A stretch of 58,250 nt of DNA from an uncultured Fibrobacterales bacterium (GTDB taxonomy: Bacteria; Fibrobacterota; Fibrobacteria; Fibrobacterales; CAWVXU01): contig CAWVXU010000007.1 of assembly GCA_963934255.1 (NCBI GenBank), forward strand, positions 1-58,250, given 5' to 3'. Below the pieces are notes generated by a model that was not told the DNA's origin, made no database searches, and saw only the letters and a program-made list of their open reading frames with translations. Shown here piece after piece: positions 46,692 to 55,706 of the stretch; the first letter of the stretch is position 1; every line of letters starts with the position of its first letter. The position numbers and the translations under genes are program-made.

Positions 46692-47954
46692 TTATTCAAA
46701 GTTCTTGATTCTTTCAATTTTCCCACCAAGAGAGCTCAATTTCTCTTCAAAAGATTCATAACCTCGGTCAATGTGGTAAATTCTAGAAATCTCCGTAGTT
46801 CCCTCTGCGACAAGACCAGCAAGCACAAGGGCAGCTGAAGCTCGTAAATCAGATGCCATCACAGGTGCAGCACTGAATTTAGCCCCTCCAAGAATAGTAG
46901 CTGTATTATCTTTTAAACTTAAATTTGCCCCTAAACGGTCAAGTTCAGAGAGATGAGTAAACCGATCGGGATAAATTGTATCTTGTATGATTGAATTTCC
47001 TTGAATCGTAGCAAGTAATACCATAAATTGAGCCTGCATATCAGTTGGGAATCCCGGGTATGGAAGAGTCACAACATTCACGGGTTTTAAAACTTTATTT
47101 TCACCATCAATTTCAACCCAATCATCCCCGATTTCAACACCAAAACCCATTTCTTTAAACGAATCAAGTACAGCTGTTAAATGCTTAGGCTCTGCCTTAG
47201 TCACCCTGACTTTTCCACGAGTAATTGCACCAGCCACTAGGTAAGATCCCGCTTCAATACGGTCAGGGATAGTTACACCTTTACCTGGATTTAATGAGGT
47301 AACTCCCTCAATAACAAGGCTCTTACTGCCGACACCTTCAATTTTAGCGCCCATACCAATAAGATATTCACAAAGAGAATCAATTTCTGGCTCCATTGCT
47401 GCGTTGTTAAGAACTGAGCGTCCCTCAGCTAATACTGCTGCCATTAATACATTTGCTGTGGCACCAACTGAACTGATTGGAAAATTAATGACAGCACCTT
47501 TGAGCTTTTCAGCTTTAGCGACTATATAACCATGGTCAACTGTAATTGATGCACCAAGTGCTTCCATACCTTTAAGGTGAAGATCCACAGGCCGTGGTCC
47601 CCAGGCACATCCACCCGGAAGCGATACTCTGGCTTCTCCATGCCGAGCAAGTAATGGACCCATTACATAAATTGAAGCTCTCATCGTCTTTACTAATTCA
47701 TAAGGTGCTTCAAGATAATTGGCTTGACTAGCATCAACTGTCAGGGTAGACCCATTTTGATCAACCCTAGCCCCTAAAACCCTCATCACATCAGACATTG
47801 TCCTTACATCTTTTAATCCTGGTACATTCTCAATAATTGAGATGCCATCAGCTAAAAGTGTAGCCGCCATCATAGGCAACACTGCATTTTTAGCTCCTGA
47901 AGTGGCTACTTCACCGTGCAAGCTACCAGACTTTTGTATTTTAAAACTATCCAC
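46692..47954 (-). CDS. murA: UDP-N-acetylglucosamine 1-carboxyvinyltransferase
   Basis: SGAKNA, MRAS, LPGGCAWGPRPVDLH, PDRIEAG, PYPGFPTDMQ and DLRA motifs. Confidence 0.98.
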   Translation of the reverse strand: MDSFKIQKSGSLHGEVATSGAKNAVLPMMAATLLADGISIIENVPGLKDVRTMSDVMRVLGARVDQNGSTLTVDASQANYLEAPYELVKTMRASIYVMGPLLARHGEARVSLPGGCAWGPRPVDLHLKGMEALGASITVDHGYIVAKAEKLKGAVINFPISSVGATANVLMAAVLAEGRSVLNNAAMEPEIDSLCEYLIGMGAKIEGVGSKSLVIEGVTSLNPGKGVTIPDRIEAGSYLVAGAITRGKVRVTKAEPKHLTAVLDSFKEMGFGVEIGDDWVEIDGENKVLKPVNVVTLPYPGFPTDMQAQFMVLLATIQGNSIIQDTIYPDRFTHLSELDRLGANLSLKDNTATILGGAKFSAAPVMASDLRASAALVLAGLVAEGTTEISRIYHIDRGYESFEEKLSSLGGKIERIKNFE

Positions 47955-49059
47955 GATATGTCCTCAAAATCCATTTTACGCATTGACTAGAAAACATGAA
48001 CTGATCTTGATTCATACCCAAACTATGGGTCAAAACTTGATAGTCTTCTAGTTGCTTAGTTTCACACTGACTTTGAGTTTGAACTCGTCTAGCCAATTCA
48101 CTTATTTTTATTTTATTAAAGATAATTTCTTCCACCACTTTTCGCTCACAAAGAATACTGGGAAGAGCAAAGAGCTTCGTTTTCACAAAAGCACGACCAA
48201 TTAAATAGGTGAGAATGTCTAATTTATGTATCACAATTTGTGGTATATGCCGAAGAGACAGTTCCAAAGTATTTGTCCCCAAGGAAGTCCATGCAAGATT
48301 TGCTTTAGGATAATCATCTTGAGTTAAAACATATTGATATAATTCATTTAATTGAGGAAACTCAATGATTAAGTTCGTTTGGATCTCTAAATTTGGAAAT
48401 AAGACCCCAACCTTTCCAGGGTTTGTATCAGTATTCTTTTTTATAGAATCAAGTAGTTTAAGGTAAGTCTCTAAATTACGCTTAGCCGACTTGATTCTAG
48501 AGCCAGGGCAAAGTAAAAGGTCTAAGTCTGCTTTTTGACCCTTTTGACCCTTAATTGACTCAGCCTTTTGGAGAATTGCGATCTCAACCGATGGATGGCC
48601 AAAATAGTGAGCCTGAATCCCAACTTCATCCCATTTCTTTTTTTCAAAATCAAATAAACAAACAACCCCAACACTTTGGTAATTCTTGAATCTGTTTTGT
48701 TTCCAGGCCCAAATTTGAGGGGGAGCAATGACAAGTACCGCAATGCCTAGCTGACGCGCAAACTTTTGAAGCTTGAGATTAAACCCAGGATAGTCAACAC
48801 AGATCAATAAATTTGGTTTTTCTTTGATTAAGTACGCTTTCCATCTAGCTAAGTATTTAATAAAAAAAGGTAAATCTAAAACCACATCAAGAATGCCCAT
48901 CACAGCGAGCCGTTCTTGATTCTGAAAGACATTTATATTGAACTTCCTCATCATAGGTCCAGCCACACCAAGGTGTTCAACGTTGCCAGGGAATTTACTT
49001 AACATTGAAGCCGCAATCACATCTCCTGAAGCCTCCCCAACACTCCAAGCAATTTTCAC
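47947..49059 (-). CDS. lpxB: Lipid A disaccharide synthase
   Basis: GEASGD, VDYPGFN, PQIWAW, GHP and PGSR motifs; C-terminal half divergent. Confidence 0.88.
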   Translation of the reverse strand: MKIAWSVGEASGDVIAASMLSKFPGNVEHLGVAGPMMRKFNINVFQNQERLAVMGILDVVLDLPFFIKYLARWKAYLIKEKPNLLICVDYPGFNLKLQKFARQLGIAVLVIAPPQIWAWKQNRFKNYQSVGVVCLFDFEKKKWDEVGIQAHYFGHPSVEIAILQKAESIKGQKGQKADLDLLLCPGSRIKSAKRNLETYLKLLDSIKKNTDTNPGKVGVLFPNLEIQTNLIIEFPQLNELYQYVLTQDDYPKANLAWTSLGTNTLELSLRHIPQIVIHKLDILTYLIGRAFVKTKLFALPSILCERKVVEEIIFNKIKISELARRVQTQSQCETKQLEDYQVLTHSLGMNQDQFMFSSQCVKWILRTYRG

Positions 49060-49724
49060 AAAAACACCTTATCTAATTCAAGCAGGCTATGAATATGAGC
49101 ATCAAAGGGACCAGGTTTTTCATCAAGAGGTTTCATCCAGACCGTATGCCAGCCATGCTTTTTAGCTGTTATTAAGTTTTCATAATTATCATCAAGAAAC
49201 ACTACTTTTTGATCCTCGGAACGCCCCGACGTAATAATGGCTCGTTTCACTATTTCATAGGCAATATCATGTGGCTTACCTATCCAGTTCGAGTCTTCCA
49301 AATCAATCAGTTTTGTAAAAAACGCTTGAACTCCGAGCTTCTCAGCCCCTATTTCAGCCCAGTCTCGTCTTCCATTAGTAAAAATCCACTTTTCACAAAT
49401 TATTTTAGATAAAATCTCTTGAAGCTTTTTATTGGGTTTGGGGTGAACAATATTGCTATGACTATGTATAAAATCAAAGAAATTGTGAGGATCTACACTA
49501 AATTCTGACCTCAGGCCTGCCAAGGTAGTGCCATATTTTGCCCAAAATTTTTTCCTCAAAATATTTGCTTCAATTTCACTCATCTTTAGATGAGATTGAA
49601 TGAAAGCATTCATAGGAAAGTCCATGGATTGTAAAACTTCAATTTCATCAAACCCGTAGAGCGTTAAATCAAAATCAAAGATCCATAAGTATTCTGGAGA
49701 ATTCCAACGATTAAAATGTTCCAT
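49056..49724 (-). CDS. HAD-family pyrimidine 5'-nucleotidase-like protein
   Basis: FDFDLTLY, YGTTLAGL, IFTN, KP and FLDD...NL motifs. Confidence 0.85.
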   Translation of the reverse strand: MEHFNRWNSPEYLWIFDFDLTLYGFDEIEVLQSMDFPMNAFIQSHLKMSEIEANILRKKFWAKYGTTLAGLRSEFSVDPHNFFDFIHSHSNIVHPKPNKKLQEILSKIICEKWIFTNGRRDWAEIGAEKLGVQAFFTKLIDLEDSNWIGKPHDIAYEIVKRAIITSGRSEDQKVVFLDDNYENLITAKKHGWHTVWMKPLDEKPGPFDAHIHSLLELDKVFL

Positions 49725-49784
49725 TTTGACCTCATACAGAAAGGAATAAGGCTAAAATCTACCATTTTTTTATATCTTTGGCGA

Positions 49785-50831
49785 ATGGAAAAAATTGATC
49801 TAAAATCTCTGAGCGAAACTGAAGTGAAAAGCCTCTTCAAAGACATGGGCCACAAGCCTTTCAGAGCTGATCAAGTATTGCACTGGATATACAACCGGAG
49901 CGCAAAATCTTTCGATGAAATGGACAATGTCCCCAAAGCTGTTCGAGACGACCTCAATGAGCGTGCTTTCCTCAGATCACTTGAAGAAGTCGGCTGTGAA
50001 GAGTCTATGGACGGTACCGTCAAATGGCTTTTTAAGACACTTGATGGATATTTTATTGAAACAGTACTCATCCCCCGCCTTGAACGAAATTCTGTGTGTG
50101 TATCGACTCAAGTCGGCTGTGCTATGGGATGTAAATTTTGCCGCACTGCTCGCATGGGTCTGAAACGTCACCTCAATGCAGGTGAGATATTAGAACAATT
50201 TATTAAAACAAATGAATGGCTTGCCAAAGAAAATCAAGTCCCTTTGACTAATATCATATACATGGGCATGGGCGAGCCGCTACATAATTATAATCATGTG
50301 AAGACTTCAGTTAATTGGCTTCATCATCAAAAATATTTTGGACTTTCTCGTAAGAGAATCACCATATCGACATCGGGTGTTGTTCCCAATATTCAAGCAA
50401 TGGCTGATGACCGCTTACCAGCAAATTTAGCAGTCTCTCTCAACGGAACAAATGATGAAATGCGTAAATCTATCATGCCTATTACCGATAGATACCCATT
50501 AGACAAACTTTTAGAAGCAGTTGATAATTTTATTAAAGAAATGGAAAGAGGCGTCACCTTTGAGTACATCTTAATCAAAGATATCACTTGTACTCCTCAA
50601 GCAGCTAAAGAGCTTCTTAAAATAATACGACCTCGCAAGGTAAAAGTAAATGCAATCGTCATTAACGAGTCTGACGATCCAAATTTGCTCCCTCCTTCGC
50701 CTGAAGAAATCGAAGAATTTATGCAAATTATCCGAGAGGGTAATGAAATTATTACTATACGCCAACCTCGCGGCCGAGATATTAAAGCGGCATGCGGGCA
50801 GCTGGCACACCATACGACTAAGGACGATTAA
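49785..50831 (+). CDS. rlmN: 23S rRNA/tRNA m2A radical SAM methyltransferase
   Basis: Start moved to ATG 49785; CAMGCKFC, MGMGEPL and IKAACGQL motifs. Confidence 0.95.
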   Translation: MEKIDLKSLSETEVKSLFKDMGHKPFRADQVLHWIYNRSAKSFDEMDNVPKAVRDDLNERAFLRSLEEVGCEESMDGTVKWLFKTLDGYFIETVLIPRLERNSVCVSTQVGCAMGCKFCRTARMGLKRHLNAGEILEQFIKTNEWLAKENQVPLTNIIYMGMGEPLHNYNHVKTSVNWLHHQKYFGLSRKRITISTSGVVPNIQAMADDRLPANLAVSLNGTNDEMRKSIMPITDRYPLDKLLEAVDNFIKEMERGVTFEYILIKDITCTPQAAKELLKIIRPRKVKVNAIVINESDDPNLLPPSPEEIEEFMQIIREGNEIITIRQPRGRDIKAACGQLAHHTTKDD

Positions 50832-51445
50832 TGTTAACACAAAACTTACCTGATTTCTGGGAAAAAAAATATAATGATGGTGATGACAGCTGGGATCTAG
50901 CTGGAGTATCTCCTATCCTCGAAGACTTTTTTGAAAACCCTATTTGTCCTAAAGAAGGCCGTGTTTTAGTGCCTGGTGCTGGACGTGGATACGACGCCAA
51001 AGCATGGGCTGAAAGAGGTCATGAAACACTTGCTGTAGATTATTGTCCAACAGCAGTAGATGCACTTGATTCATTATCTCGCGTTGTTGATAACTTAACG
51101 GCAAAAGACATTGACCTTTTCGAATTGAATCCAAAAGATTCAGGCGAATTTGATATCATTTGGGAATACACTTGTTTTTGCGCAATCCACCCGGGTCGTC
51201 GCGATGAGTATTTTGAGATTTGGTACAAAATGTTAAAAGACGACGGCATTGTTGTAGCTTCTTTCTTCCCATTTAACGCAACATCTCCAATGGATGGACC
51301 TCCACATTCAACTTCTGAAGGTGAACTGATGGCTCGTCTTGATGGTATTTTTGATATTGTTGAAAGACTCACTCCTAAGAAATCAGCTCCGGGACGTGAA
51401 GGCCAAGAAGTGATTTGGATTCTTAAAAAAGTAGTTGAAGAATAA
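50831..51445 (+). CDS. TPMT/halide-thiol methyltransferase family SAM-dependent methyltransferase
   Basis: WDLAG, RVLVPGAGRGYD, EYTCFCAIHP and GPP motifs; TAATG coupling with rlmN. Confidence 0.85.
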   Translation: MLTQNLPDFWEKKYNDGDDSWDLAGVSPILEDFFENPICPKEGRVLVPGAGRGYDAKAWAERGHETLAVDYCPTAVDALDSLSRVVDNLTAKDIDLFELNPKDSGEFDIIWEYTCFCAIHPGRRDEYFEIWYKMLKDDGIVVASFFPFNATSPMDGPPHSTSEGELMARLDGIFDIVERLTPKKSAPGREGQEVIWILKKVVEE

Positions 51446-51464
51446 TTATTCTTACATTCATCAG

Positions 51465-51496
51465 AAGGCTGTCTTTATTAAGGCAGCCTTTTTTTT
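51465..51496 (+). terminator. Rho-independent terminator after rlmN-methyltransferase
   Basis: AAGGCTGTCTT / AAGGCAGCCTT followed by a T-run. Confidence 0.88.
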
Positions 51497-51522
51497 CAAA
51501 AATTCACTTTGGATCATGAAAC

Positions 51523-51554
51523 AAAAAAGACTCCTATTGAGATAATAGAAGTCT
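51523..51554 (-). terminator. Rho-independent terminator after the dUTPase gene
   Basis: Minus strand AGACTTCTATT / AATAGGAGTCT (one G-U pair) followed by a U-run. Confidence 0.7.
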
Positions 51555-51629
51555 AAATGATTGTTAAGTAGGACAAATTGAATAGAATTACCAAGATCAG
51601 AATGAATCAAGATGTTATGGCATCACAAT

Positions 51630-52097
51630 CTAAACGATCGCTTTATTATCATCTTCAGTCTTACCCGCTTTATTGTAACCAGTCTCTTGGCGTTTAATAT
51701 TCACAGAATGCTTTTGTTTATATATTTCAAATACTTTCTCTGCGTCTAACCCTAAAAACATGGAAACAGAAACCCAGAAGTGTAGAATATCAATAACTTC
51801 AACGCGAGCATTTTGAATATCCACGGGATCTTTTGACCACCATTTTTTAGGAATTTCCTCTTGTAACTCTCTTACCTCATCACCCATTGCCCATAACATG
51901 CGATCAATCCATTGACAAAGTGTGTCAGAAGCAAATAACGGATTGTCGTCTAAGGTTTTGGCTTTTTCAAGTAAATGTTTTGAAAGTTTCGAATAATCTT
52001 GAACTTCATCACTCGAGCGAGTATCACACTTTGAAAAAACAATATCATTGAGCTCTTTCTGCATGGAAAAAATCTGTTCTAATTTATCTTGGGACAT
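51630..52097 (-). CDS. Dimeric (all-alpha) dUTPase
   Basis: Start moved to ATG 52097 (GAGGA RBS). QKELN, EVREL, KWWS, EVIDILHF and YKQKHSVNIKRQETGY motifs. Confidence 0.85.
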   Translation of the reverse strand: MSQDKLEQIFSMQKELNDIVFSKCDTRSSDEVQDYSKLSKHLLEKAKTLDDNPLFASDTLCQWIDRMLWAMGDEVRELQEEIPKKWWSKDPVDIQNARVEVIDILHFWVSVSMFLGLDAEKVFEIYKQKHSVNIKRQETGYNKAGKTEDDNKAIV

Positions 52098-52238
52098 ATA
52101 TTCCTCAACTGACTTAGGCAAAATTAATTGTGAAACAAAAATACCTAAAAATGAGTTAGACGGGGAACTTTAAACTCAATTATTTGTTCAATCCCTTCCC
52201 CTATTTTGTTAAATTTTAGGATATAAAAAGGAGTCCCG

Positions 52239-53033
52239 ATGAAGCAATACCAAGATTTAATGAAAAAAATCATGACCGAAGGTACTGAAAAATCTGATAG
52301 AACAGGCACTGGTACACGAAGTATTTTTGGACATCAGATGAGGTTTGATTTATCAGAGGGCTTTCCTTGCCTCACCACCAAAAAACTACACTTACAAAGT
52401 ATTATACATGAGTTGTTGTGGTTTATCACTGGTGATACCAACATTAAATACCTCAAAGACAATGGTGTTCGCATTTGGGATGAATGGGCTGATGAAAATG
52501 GTGATTTGGGGCCTGTTTATGGGCACCAATGGAGGTCATGGCCTCTAGCTAATGGTGAAAAATTTGACCAAATTCAAGACATCCTCAATCAGATTAAAAA
52601 CACCCCAGATTCAAGAAGAATCCTGGTCAATGCATGGAATGTAGCTGATATTCCTCAGATGAAGCTCCCGCCGTGTCATTGTCTCTTTCAATTTTATGTC
52701 GCAGATGGCAAACTCAGTTGTCAACTCTATCAGAGATCCGCAGATGTCTTCCTAGGCGTCCCTTTTAATATTGCAAGTTACGCATTATTTACCATGATGG
52801 TAGCTCAGGTCTGTGGACTAGAAGCGGGAGACTTTGTTCATACTTTAGGCGATGCGCATTTATACAGCAATCATTTTGAACAAACTGAATTACAACTTTC
52901 TCGTGAAATTAAGTCACTTCCTACAATGAAAATCAATCCTGATGTAAAAGATCTTTTTGATTTTAAAATAGGGGATTTTGAATTGGTTGGTTATGATCCG
53001 CATCCTCATATCAAAGGTATTGTGGCTGTTTAA
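52239..53033 (+). CDS. thyA: Thymidylate synthase
   Basis: DRTGTGT, IWDEWA, PDSRR, LPPCH and [18 protein letters not shown] motifs; AAGGAG RBS. Confidence 0.98.
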   Translation: MKQYQDLMKKIMTEGTEKSDRTGTGTRSIFGHQMRFDLSEGFPCLTTKKLHLQSIIHELLWFITGDTNIKYLKDNGVRIWDEWADENGDLGPVYGHQWRSWPLANGEKFDQIQDILNQIKNTPDSRRILVNAWNVADIPQMKLPPCHCLFQFYVADGKLSCQLYQRSADVFLGVPFNIASYALFTMMVAQVCGLEAGDFVHTLGDAHLYSNHFEQTELQLSREIKSLPTMKINPDVKDLFDFKIGDFELVGYDPHPHIKGIVAV

Positions 53034-53086
53034 TTTCAATTATCAACACTTTATTAAACAAAACATATTGGGATCAGGGGATCATT

Positions 53087-53593
53087 ATGGAATTACATGC
53101 TATTGTGGCAGTCGCTGATAGTGGAATTATTGGTAAAGACAACCAACTCATTTGGCGTCTTTCTGATGATTTGAAGTATTTTAAAAAAGTAACTCAGGGG
53201 CATTGCATCATTAGTGGTCGCAAAAATTATGAGTCCATCGGTCGCCCACTTCCTGGAAGAACAAATATTATCATTACTCGAGATAACTCATATCAAGCCG
53301 AAGGCTGCGTGGTCGTCAACTCTCTACAAGATGCTATAAATGTTGCTAAAAATGAAAATGATCCTACTCCATTTATCATCGGTGGCGGCGAAATCTACCG
53401 CCTCAGCTTGCCATACATACATAAACTATACTTAACAGAAGTACATCAAGCTTTTGAAGGTGATGTTACGTTTCCTGAGCTAGGTAAAGAATGGATAGAG
53501 ACTTCTCGTGTAAGAAATGCTGCTAGTGAAAAAAACCAGTGTGACTTTAGCTTTGTCTGTTATGAAAACAAATCAGTCACTAGCTTAACATAA
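53087..53593 (+). CDS. folA: Dihydrofolate reductase
   Basis: IGKDNQLIW...DLKYFK, GRKNYESIGRPLPGR and IIGGGEIY motifs. Confidence 0.95.
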   Translation: MELHAIVAVADSGIIGKDNQLIWRLSDDLKYFKKVTQGHCIISGRKNYESIGRPLPGRTNIIITRDNSYQAEGCVVVNSLQDAINVAKNENDPTPFIIGGGEIYRLSLPYIHKLYLTEVHQAFEGDVTFPELGKEWIETSRVRNAASEKNQCDFSFVCYENKSVTSLT

Positions 53594-53602
53594 ACCCCAA
53601 AC

Positions 53603-55639
53603 TTATACCATACTATAAGGATCTATATCCCATCGAGTTTGAATACCTTTGGGAACTTTATTTTCACATTCATCCACAACTGAATTTAACCACCAATTTA
53701 ACTGATTAGCATGGCGACATTTAAGTAAAACCTGAATCCTATATTTCTTTTTTAGTCGAGCTAGCGGGGCCTCCACAGGACCAAGAACCTGCCCACCAAT
53801 AGCGTTTTTTCGGGCAATATACGAGCCCATATAAATTTTAACTGCTCTATTCAAGTCAGTCCAATTCATACTACTGATTTCAAACAATGCCATCCTTCCA
53901 TAAGGCGGATAGGACAAAGCCTGACGCTGAGCTAACTCTTCCTTGGCAAAATCAGGATAATTAGCGTTTTTGACCTTGTTAAAAATGGGATGTGAGGGTT
54001 GCCAACTCTGTAAAATAACATGACTTGAATTACCAACTGCATTATGACGACCGGTTCGACCAGCGACTTGCGTTAAAAGTTGGAAGTTTCTTTCTGCAGC
54101 CCTAAAATCTGGTGATAACAGACCTGTATCTGCATTCACTACACCCACAAGATCGACATTGGGAAAGTCATGACCTTTTGCGACCATTTGAGTACCAATG
54201 AGTATATTAGCCTTTTGGTCTCGGAACTCACCCAATATCTCTTCAATTGAACCTTTTTTAGAAGTCGTATCTCGGTCCATTCGTAGAACCTTTGCTCCTT
54301 CAATCCAATCTTTAATTTCATCTTCTAGTTGTTCAATCCCTAAGCCTTGGAAAATAAATTGGGTCGATTCACATTGTATACAAGGTATTTCAACCGGGTA
54401 ACAGCGAGAACAATAATGGCATAAAAGAGTGTTTCTACTTCGGTGATAAATAACAGGAACCTTACAATCTAGGCATTCCTGAGTTTCTCCACACGATTTA
54501 CAAACACGAGCTCTAGAATAACCACGTTTATTCAAGAGCAGTATTGCTTGTTTCCCTTGGTTTATCACCACTTGAAGCTGCTCTCTTAGTCGAATTGATA
54601 ATGCGCGGTCGCCTTGTAACTTCGTCTGTTCTTTCATATCAATAATCTGCCAAAGCACTTCTCCTTTGGCATTTGCTGATTCATTCATCGAGACTAACTG
54701 AAATTTTGATTGCTCAGCTGCCAACCAAGACTCTAAAGAGGGAGTAGCAGAAGCGAGTAATAATTGAGTTTTGAATGTCTTAGCCATCATCACCGCCACT
54801 TCCCTAATATGATATCTAGGAGAGGGGTCTTGTTGTTTATATGACTGATCATGTTCTTCATCAACGATTATGAGATCAAGCTGTGTAAATGGTAGGAATA
54901 TTGCTGAGCGGGTCCCTAAAACTACTTGGGCCTCATCTTTTTGCAGAGCCATAAAGGTTTCTCGCTTTTGACGAACCCCTAGGTTTGAGTGCCATAAATA
55001 GACTTTCACCCCAAGGGCTTTCTCCAAGACTTGAGAGGTTTGTGGAGTTAAATTAATTTCAGGAACTAGAACAAGGGTCGTTTGATTATTACGAATTCTA
55101 GTTAAGATAAACTCCTGAAAAACACGGGTCTTACCTGAACCAGTTATACCGTGCAGAAGAACGGGTTTACTTTTACCGACTTCTTCAATTTCATCAATCG
55201 CCTGCTGTTGATATTGGCGTAATGGAACCAATTCACTCATTGTGATTACTGAAGTAGGTTTTGGCGTTTTACCCTCTACTAATTTAATCCAGTCTTTTGA
55301 TAAGACGACATCTAGGACTCGATTGGGAGAAACCGCATAATACTTCGCCATCCACTTAAAAACAACTAGCATTTGGACATTAAAGGCAATTTTATCAACA
55401 ATTGAGCCAATAGCCTTGAGTTTATACTTAGGAGCTTCATTTGGACTATATAGGCTCCAAACCATGCCTATAATCTGTTTTTTACCTAATTGTAACTCTA
55501 CAAAAACACCTGGCTTAACCCTATCTATCAAACTATCTGGTATCAGATAACTTAGGGTGCTTTTCATACCACCAGCAATAGCAATTTCTGCAAGATGTAA
55601 AATTTGAATATCTCCTGAATAACCATCTAAATAGAGCAA
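53603..55639 (-). CDS. priA: Primosomal protein N' (start uncertain; see findings)
   Basis: GITGSGKT, VPEINLTPQ, DEEH, SATPS, four CxxC pairs, GTQMVAKGHDF and QVAGRTGR motifs. Confidence 0.96.
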   Translation of the reverse strand: MLYLDGYSGDIQILHLAEIAIAGGMKSTLSYLIPDSLIDRVKPGVFVELQLGKKQIIGMVWSLYSPNEAPKYKLKAIGSIVDKIAFNVQMLVVFKWMAKYYAVSPNRVLDVVLSKDWIKLVEGKTPKPTSVITMSELVPLRQYQQQAIDEIEEVGKSKPVLLHGITGSGKTRVFQEFILTRIRNNQTTLVLVPEINLTPQTSQVLEKALGVKVYLWHSNLGVRQKRETFMALQKDEAQVVLGTRSAIFLPFTQLDLIIVDEEHDQSYKQQDPSPRYHIREVAVMMAKTFKTQLLLASATPSLESWLAAEQSKFQLVSMNESANAKGEVLWQIIDMKEQTKLQGDRALSIRLREQLQVVINQGKQAILLLNKRGYSRARVCKSCGETQECLDCKVPVIYHRSRNTLLCHYCSRCYPVEIPCIQCESTQFIFQGLGIEQLEDEIKDWIEGAKVLRMDRDTTSKKGSIEEILGEFRDQKANILIGTQMVAKGHDFPNVDLVGVVNADTGLLSPDFRAAERNFQLLTQVAGRTGRHNAVGNSSHVILQSWQPSHPIFNKVKNANYPDFAKEELAQRQALSYPPYGRMALFEISSMNWTDLNRAVKIYMGSYIARKNAIGGQVLGPVEAPLARLKKKYRIQVLLKCRHANQLNWWLNSVVDECENKVPKGIQTRWDIDPYSMV

Positions 55640-55706
55640 AAAAAATCTAATTTGTAGTTTTAAATTTGAATCTTACATTTTTCTACAAACTTCCTCGGAG
55701 ATCCTC

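Noticed and set aside
49716..49784. Apparent head-to-head overlap of rlmN with the HAD gene (similar ORF-track extensions at 20966, 21399, 31548, 35045 and 35095)
   Set aside because: These are longest-ORF artefacts; internal starts with an RBS or family-typical N-termini remove the overlaps.
51630..53593. dUTPase-thyA-folA as a prophage remnant
   Set aside because: No integrase, structural or replication phage genes and no att-like repeats seen; flanked by housekeeping genes.
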